In this document: piece after piece, positions 58,528 through 64,000 of the stretch
Layout: every line of letters starts with the position of its first letter
Position numbering within the stretch: position 1 is the first letter of the stretch
NCBI GenBank assembly: GCA_024704765.1
Contig: JAKMXF010000015.1
Coordinates: forward strand, 1-64,000
Source: Oopsacas minuta
Lineage: Eukaryota > Animalia > Porifera
Direction: 5' to 3'
DNA: 64,000 nt
Program-made: the position numbers and the translations under genes
The notes under the pieces: model-generated
Database searches by the model: none
The model's input: only the letters and a program-made list of their open reading frames with translations
Told to the model about the DNA's origin: nothing

Positions 58528-61047
58528 ATGAAGAAGATTAGCACAGGAGTGTTATTAGTTTTGCTGATATTATACTGGTATGGTCGTTTTGAAGTTGATT
58601 CTGTCGATTGCAGTAATGAAGCCGGATACTGTACCTATCATATTTATAATTATAATATCTTTAGAATCAAATGTTATATAAATAACGATGAAATGCAATT
58701 GATTAAGCTTTTGTTAAAGAATTGCAGCAGTATTGATGCAGAATATACAAATTTGTATGTGTATAAAAACTATGAATCCATAACGTATGGGAATCTAATC
58801 ATTGATCTCGAATTGGCATCAAATATAAATGCTTTATACATCTACAATATCAGAGATAAAGATCAATTCCGTTTAACTACATCAAGTCAAAATGGTGGCT
58901 TAACCAGACTGGAGTGTCATTATACTGTTCAACTAGAGTCGAGTGACTTTTTCGATTACTTCACAGGTCTCCGTCGTATAGAGACGTTCGAAACGAGTTT
59001 GATGATATCAGTAGAGGTACCGTCTTTCACAAATCTACAATCCCTTTACTTCCTTAAAGCTAGGTTAGTAGGTCTAGGTTTAGTAACACATACATTTGAT
59101 AACAAAATCATTAGCGGCTTATCAAACTTGAGGGTTGTAGACTTAAGTTACTCTTATTTCAATAGCATAACTGAGCGAGCATTTGATAACGTGACTAAAT
59201 TAACATTTTTGAGTTTTCACTTCAATAAAATATCCATTGTGGCTGAAGGAGCATTTAGTCAACTGACAAGGCTTAGATCTCTTACCTTATCGTATAATGG
59301 AATAAAAACAGTATCAAAGAACATTTTCAATGCTTCAACCGGTTTGACATTTTTAAAGTTAGGCGGAAATCCTGGTTTTCCTATCCAATCACTCTTAAAC
59401 ACAAGATCTCTCGTGTCTCTACACTTACAGAATAATAAATATCGAACCCTCGATCCATACATATTCCAATTAATGAAGTCCTTGACTATTCTAAGTATTA
59501 AAGATCCATTCATTTGTGACTGTAAGCTAAGGTGGATGTCAGTTGTTAGCCAATATAGAATATCTATCAATATTGATGCATTGTGCACAGAACCTATCGA
59601 ATTCTTACAAAAGTCAATAACCGATCCAAAGCTGTACACAAATTGCACTCAAACAGAATCATACCAATGCTTTGATAAGTCAATTACTTGTCCAAGTAGT
59701 CAAATATGCCTCAACTCAGAGGATAGTTATTTTTGCAGTTGTCCCATTGGTTATTCACAGCTCAGTTCTGGTGTGTGTTTAGATGAGGACGAATGTGCTC
59801 AGGGAACTGATTGTCAACATTATTGTGTGAATACAGAAGGTTCATACTATTGTGCATGTGAAGAAGGATACAGGCTGACTAGTAATGGATATAATTGTGA
59901 TGACATAAATGAGTGTCAAGAATGGATTGATGGTTGTGAATTCGGCTGTGGAAATATCATAGGTTCATATCAGTGTTATTGTGAGGTGGGACACCAGTTA
60001 CATAACAAAACTCATTGTGAAAGTGAGATACGATGCGACATATTAGATATCGGTGGATACCAAGATAATATTTTCACTTGTCAAGAGGGATTTAACCTCA
60101 CAATCACTAATCTCACCTGTCTAGATATCACAGCGGCAACATCAACAACACTAGCAACTACAACAACTGCAACAAATATGGACATAAATACAGGAACTGC
60201 GACAACAACTAACTGTCCCAATGGCTATTCACTACATAGTTCAAATCAATGCATAGATATAGATGAATGTGCTCAAGAAACAAATTGTCAATATTCGTGT
60301 GAAAATACAGATGGTTCATACTATTGTGCATGTACAGAAGGTTATGAGATAGCGACAAATGGATATGATTGTATTGACGTGAATGAATGTCAGGAAGGGA
60401 ATGGCAGATGTGAATATGGCTGCAGAAACACTATAGGTTCATATCAGTGTTATTGTGAAGATGGACACTTATTGTATAACAAAACCCAATGTGAGGAAGG
60501 AATAACGTGCGAATTGGTTGAAAACAGTTGCATTAATGACATGGAAAATACTTATAAGTGTAAAGGGGGGTTTGACATTTTTCTCTTCAATTTTTCTTGT
60601 TCAAACGGAAATTCACAAGTGAAAATTCCACCAAATGAGACAACACTTCAACCTAGAGAATCTACAACTCCATTGAAATCGAGCACTCTGTCAACATTCA
60701 AAAACTCTGGATGGACCATACCAACAATAGTTTTAGTGTTTATTTCTTTAGCCTTAAACTTCTTTCTAATATTCGTGATAATTACCTTATCTATTTACCT
60801 CATAAGAAGGATACACATAGTGCAATATTCCCGAAAAAGTGAAGGCACAAAAGAACAAATTCAGCAAAATTTCTATAACGATGAATCGCTGTATTCTCCA
60901 ATTGTCAAATTGGAAAATACAGATAATTTGGAAGAATCTCCAGCTTCTGAAACTGAGTCAAAGCTGAAGAAAATTTCTAACTACATGGTATCTCAATCTT
61001 ATCCTGGAAGAATGCAAGACGAAACTTCAGGATACATGAGCATGTAA
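58528..61047 (+). CDS. Type I membrane receptor: signal peptide, LRRs, LRRCT, calcium-binding EGF repeats, Thr-rich linker, TM, Tyr-motif tail; 839 aa, intronless
   Basis: LxxLxLxxN repeats (LRSLTLSYNGI, LVSLHLQNNKY), DPFICDCKLRW, DEDECA/DIDECA cbEGF units, hydrophobic TM near aa 735-760, tail SLYSPI and YMSM. Confidence 0.92.
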   Translation: MKKISTGVLLVLLILYWYGRFEVDSVDCSNEAGYCTYHIYNYNIFRIKCYINNDEMQLIKLLLKNCSSIDAEYTNLYVYKNYESITYGNLIIDLELASNINALYIYNIRDKDQFRLTTSSQNGGLTRLECHYTVQLESSDFFDYFTGLRRIETFETSLMISVEVPSFTNLQSLYFLKARLVGLGLVTHTFDNKIISGLSNLRVVDLSYSYFNSITERAFDNVTKLTFLSFHFNKISIVAEGAFSQLTRLRSLTLSYNGIKTVSKNIFNASTGLTFLKLGGNPGFPIQSLLNTRSLVSLHLQNNKYRTLDPYIFQLMKSLTILSIKDPFICDCKLRWMSVVSQYRISINIDALCTEPIEFLQKSITDPKLYTNCTQTESYQCFDKSITCPSSQICLNSEDSYFCSCPIGYSQLSSGVCLDEDECAQGTDCQHYCVNTEGSYYCACEEGYRLTSNGYNCDDINECQEWIDGCEFGCGNIIGSYQCYCEVGHQLHNKTHCESEIRCDILDIGGYQDNIFTCQEGFNLTITNLTCLDITAATSTTLATTTTATNMDINTGTATTTNCPNGYSLHSSNQCIDIDECAQETNCQYSCENTDGSYYCACTEGYEIATNGYDCIDVNECQEGNGRCEYGCRNTIGSYQCYCEDGHLLYNKTQCEEGITCELVENSCINDMENTYKCKGGFDIFLFNFSCSNGNSQVKIPPNETTLQPRESTTPLKSSTLSTFKNSGWTIPTIVLVFISLALNFFLIFVIITLSIYLIRRIHIVQYSRKSEGTKEQIQQNFYNDESLYSPIVKLENTDNLEESPASETESKLKKISNYMVSQSYPGRMQDETSGYMSM

Positions 61048-61808
61048 TAACCTTCATAAGCTTATCAGTGAATTTACTACAGATCAAACTATATTAGGGT
61101 TTGACTATAGGTTTGCCCTTTAGTGTGTAATAATCAGATCTTGCTTGTAATGTTACTTTAATAGTATATTGTATGTTATAGGCCAGTGGTTCTTAACCAT
61201 TTTTTCAATATTTCCCTTTGTATTAAACAATTATGAAATTTCCTTGCTAATCGTATAAAATACCAGTGGTGAAAAGTATTATATTACTATAGATAATCCG
61301 CTAACCGAGAACAAGGAAATATTTTCATGATTGCATCGAATTGCATACAAATGAACCTCGCTAATCGGTGAATCCCAGATAATTAAAGGAGTGGGACTTG
61401 GAGTGCGCTCCATTTATGATTCACGAACTCAAGGCGTCCGTCTACAATTTGTAGGAGCGGAGCATCGCAATTGTAGACTTTTCTCAAGGTATTACATACT
61501 TTCCACTTCTACCATCCGTATGCATAATACTACTTGCTACATGCTGGAAATTTTACAATTTTAATCATTTGGAAAGTATAGAATCATAGAATAGTAGACA
61601 TATTTCAAAAACTGTAAGTGTGGGTTAGGACAAAGTGAGGGAGCTAATTTCTTGTGTTTTACATGTTAGTATACATTAATAGTAGAAATAATGGAGGACT
61701 TAATTCAAGCATCGGTCCCCCTTGGCTACGGGCTTGATCAGGCAATATTAAATAATACACAAAGTGATTTGCTCCCACTACTCTTTATAGTTCTTCCGTG
61801 CCCTACCT

Positions 61809-62169
61809 CATACCTGCCAACATTTATCACATAAATCCCCAAATTTCCCCTGGACTTCAGAAAATTTTCTATTCAATTCCTCTCAACATATACTCATCTA
61901 TTACCTGACATATTTCGTATGTGAACTATTTTTCTCTCAATTTAATCAACGAAAAATACTTGTGTATATCATCCAACTATTTAATACTTTGAAATTGCTT
62001 GTCCACCAGTGAATCCCTGGACTCTTATAATTATGGTATTCTACCAAATGCGAAGTAGAACTGATTATATAATGAATAATTGTTATTTTATGATCCTGAA
62101 TTACAGTATCCTTGCTCCAAGTAAATCTCTGGCCATTTTGACCCAATCCCTGAACGGTTGGCAGGTATG
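61809..62169. mobile_element. CATAC-TIR MITE (361 bp) with 6-bp target duplication
   Basis: Perfect 13-bp TIR CATACCTGCCAAC; CTACCT on both flanks. Confidence 0.85.
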
Positions 62170-62233
62170 CTACCTAATTGTCTTCCAAATCTGTGGGCAA
62201 GTACAGAGGTCACTCGGTTAACCACGCGTAGTA

Positions 62234-62403
62234 CATACTTGCCAACCATCCAGGGATTTGATCTATGATCCAGTAAACAAATTGCTAGATCCAGGGAAAT
62301 TTTAGGATATTCCAGCATTTTATCATAAAAGAGGGAAAATCGTATTATTTGAATAGAAAATTGGAAACCCAGGAAACAGAGTTACATGAGGTTGGTAAGT
62401 ATG
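62234..62403. mobile_element. CATAC-TIR MITE (170 bp)
   Basis: CATACTTGCCAACC ... GGTTGGTAAGTATG; body shared with 22226. Confidence 0.8.
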
Positions 62404-63447
62404 GTAAAACCATCACTGTATTAAAATTCTATGGTACTCGAATACTCGTGGATGATTAACAATGAGAATTATAACGTGGAGAAAAAAGCACAAACTACTA
62501 ACCAGTCAAAACTTATAAATTCGGAACTACGTGTCCCGTTCAGGGATTTACTAGCTACGGTTTTTACCTGGTACTTGCGACCTTTAGTGCAGCTCCTATT
62601 GGGAGATGCACCTGTGGCCATAGACGATGGACGACGTCCGTACGTCAGTCTGCGCTGCATGGCGAAATCTAGCAGTCCGATTAACATGCAAATTGGCATA
62701 CATATAGATTTGGAGTCGGAGAATTGCACCTGGGGTTTGAATTTTTTAAAGTGAATATTTCACACCTTTTTGGTGATTAATATTGTAGTATCTGAGGTAA
62801 TACAATGTTTCTTGGATAACCAGAGCGTATTAAGAAGGAATTAATCAGGCTACTTAGTGTGATTATGAGAGTTAAAATTATTTCTCCTCCCAATAGAGAG
62901 TACAGTACATGGATTGGAGGATCTATTCTACCTTCTATGAATGATTTCCATAACATATGTATATCTAGAGCTGAATATGATGAATACGGAGCTTGTGTTG
63001 GTATAGAAATTTATCCTTTGATATTTGATATTTGTTAAATAAACTCTTAGAGTATAAATAGATCAAATTTTCAGTAGAGATATTACTCATAAGAATTTTC
63101 TAACTAGCAACCGCATGATTCACTTTTTGCTATATAGGTTGCTATAGGATTCATCCCCACTTGAGCGAATCCCATCTATGCTAATACAGATCACAATCTG
63201 TAAAGTTACAAGGCATTACTCGAATCATAGGCGCAAAGTTATGGTACCTGGGGGTGTGGATCCCCCAGGTTTGGACGCGGGGATTTATGTGAAATTTATA
63301 CTAGAGGTAGCAGCAATGAATTTATCCTTACTAATAGACTTTTCACCCACTAGACTAATTGTAGTATAACTTGTACCGAATTGCCCGTATCCCGTTTAGT
63401 ATTGTATTAGTTACTTATTATTCTATTCCTCTAATATTTAGAGTCCA

Positions 63448-63960
63448 ATGTCTGATATTGCCTGTTTATCAAAAGGAAGTTATGTTACATTTAGAAATGA
63501 ATTGAGTGGTATAATAGAAGATGGTGCTTGGATAGCGGGAGCTCTATTCGACCTAAAACCTTTTGTGTCAATTGAAGATTATTATACCAAACTATGCGAT
63601 TTTCTAAGTCAACTGTCTGTAATTGCGCAAGTTGGAATAATACGATGTTATCCTCAGTTAATTAGCACAGATAAAACTACACTATCTAAAGAGTCGACAG
63701 ATGAACATGAAATGCGTTTCAAAAATATTTCCACTTCCAGTACACTAACTATACGCGAACTGAATAGTCAGTATATTGAGAAATTTCAGTTCCCTTTCAT
63801 CAGTTGTGTAAAGGAAAATTCAGTTGAGAATATTCTAGAACTGATGCATGCTAGAATTGGTAATACTTATCAGGAAGAAGTGAAGATGAATATGCAACAA
63901 ATTCAAAGAATTGCGTGGTATCGCTTGGTAGATAAATTCAAATTGGAAGCGAAATTGTAA
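63448..63960 (+). CDS. OHCU decarboxylase (URAD/PRHOXNB)-like protein, 170 aa, with C-terminal PTS1 (AKL)
   Basis: E..AWIA...KPF.S, GIIRCYPQL (canonical GILRCHPDL), ES..E, LNSQYIEKFQFPFISCVK, RIGN...E, IA.YRL; ends EAKL*. Confidence 0.85.
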   Translation: MSDIACLSKGSYVTFRNELSGIIEDGAWIAGALFDLKPFVSIEDYYTKLCDFLSQLSVIAQVGIIRCYPQLISTDKTTLSKESTDEHEMRFKNISTSSTLTIRELNSQYIEKFQFPFISCVKENSVENILELMHARIGNTYQEEVKMNMQQIQRIAWYRLVDKFKLEAKL

Positions 63961-64000
63961 TATAATGATAAATAACTATACATGTTTACATATTATGAAT

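Noticed and set aside
62431-62754. GC-rich segment with ORFs on both strands
   Set aside because: No recognisable protein motif or consistent exon structure; left unassigned

Overview
Strongly AT-rich eukaryotic (animal) genomic DNA with spliceosomal introns and dense DNA-transposon/MITE litter. The gene mix (tandem TRAFs, RING-less NHL proteins, LRR-EGF and FN3 receptors, mostly intronless) suggests a sponge, possibly a glass sponge; this is inference only. Apparently intact genes: two TRAF-like genes, a 7TM-like orphan, RPL37A, a coiled-coil/NHL gene, an LRR-EGF receptor, an OHCU-decarboxylase-like gene and a two-exon 1010-aa gene (10215-10251 joined to 12725-15720). That last gene is the standout: a bacterial-type ferritin-like domain (PF12902, VioB/RebD/StaD family) is fused through a Lys/Ala/Pro linker to a domain whose first motif resembles the VioB N-terminus. 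It looks like a horizontally acquired, intron-bearing and possibly domain-permuted VioB-like protein. Broken genes: an inverted NHL duplicate with a hAT element in its promoter, a multi-exon FN3 receptor, a sugar transporter with a one-base frameshift, a 7TM paralog, and faint LRR/NHL relics. Mobile elements: near-complete pogo/Tigger, maT (DD37D) and hAT/Buster elements, LINE fragments, Helitron-like 3' ends and several MITE families. No rRNA, tRNA or CRISPR was found. All family assignments come from motif reading by eye; no database searches were run.
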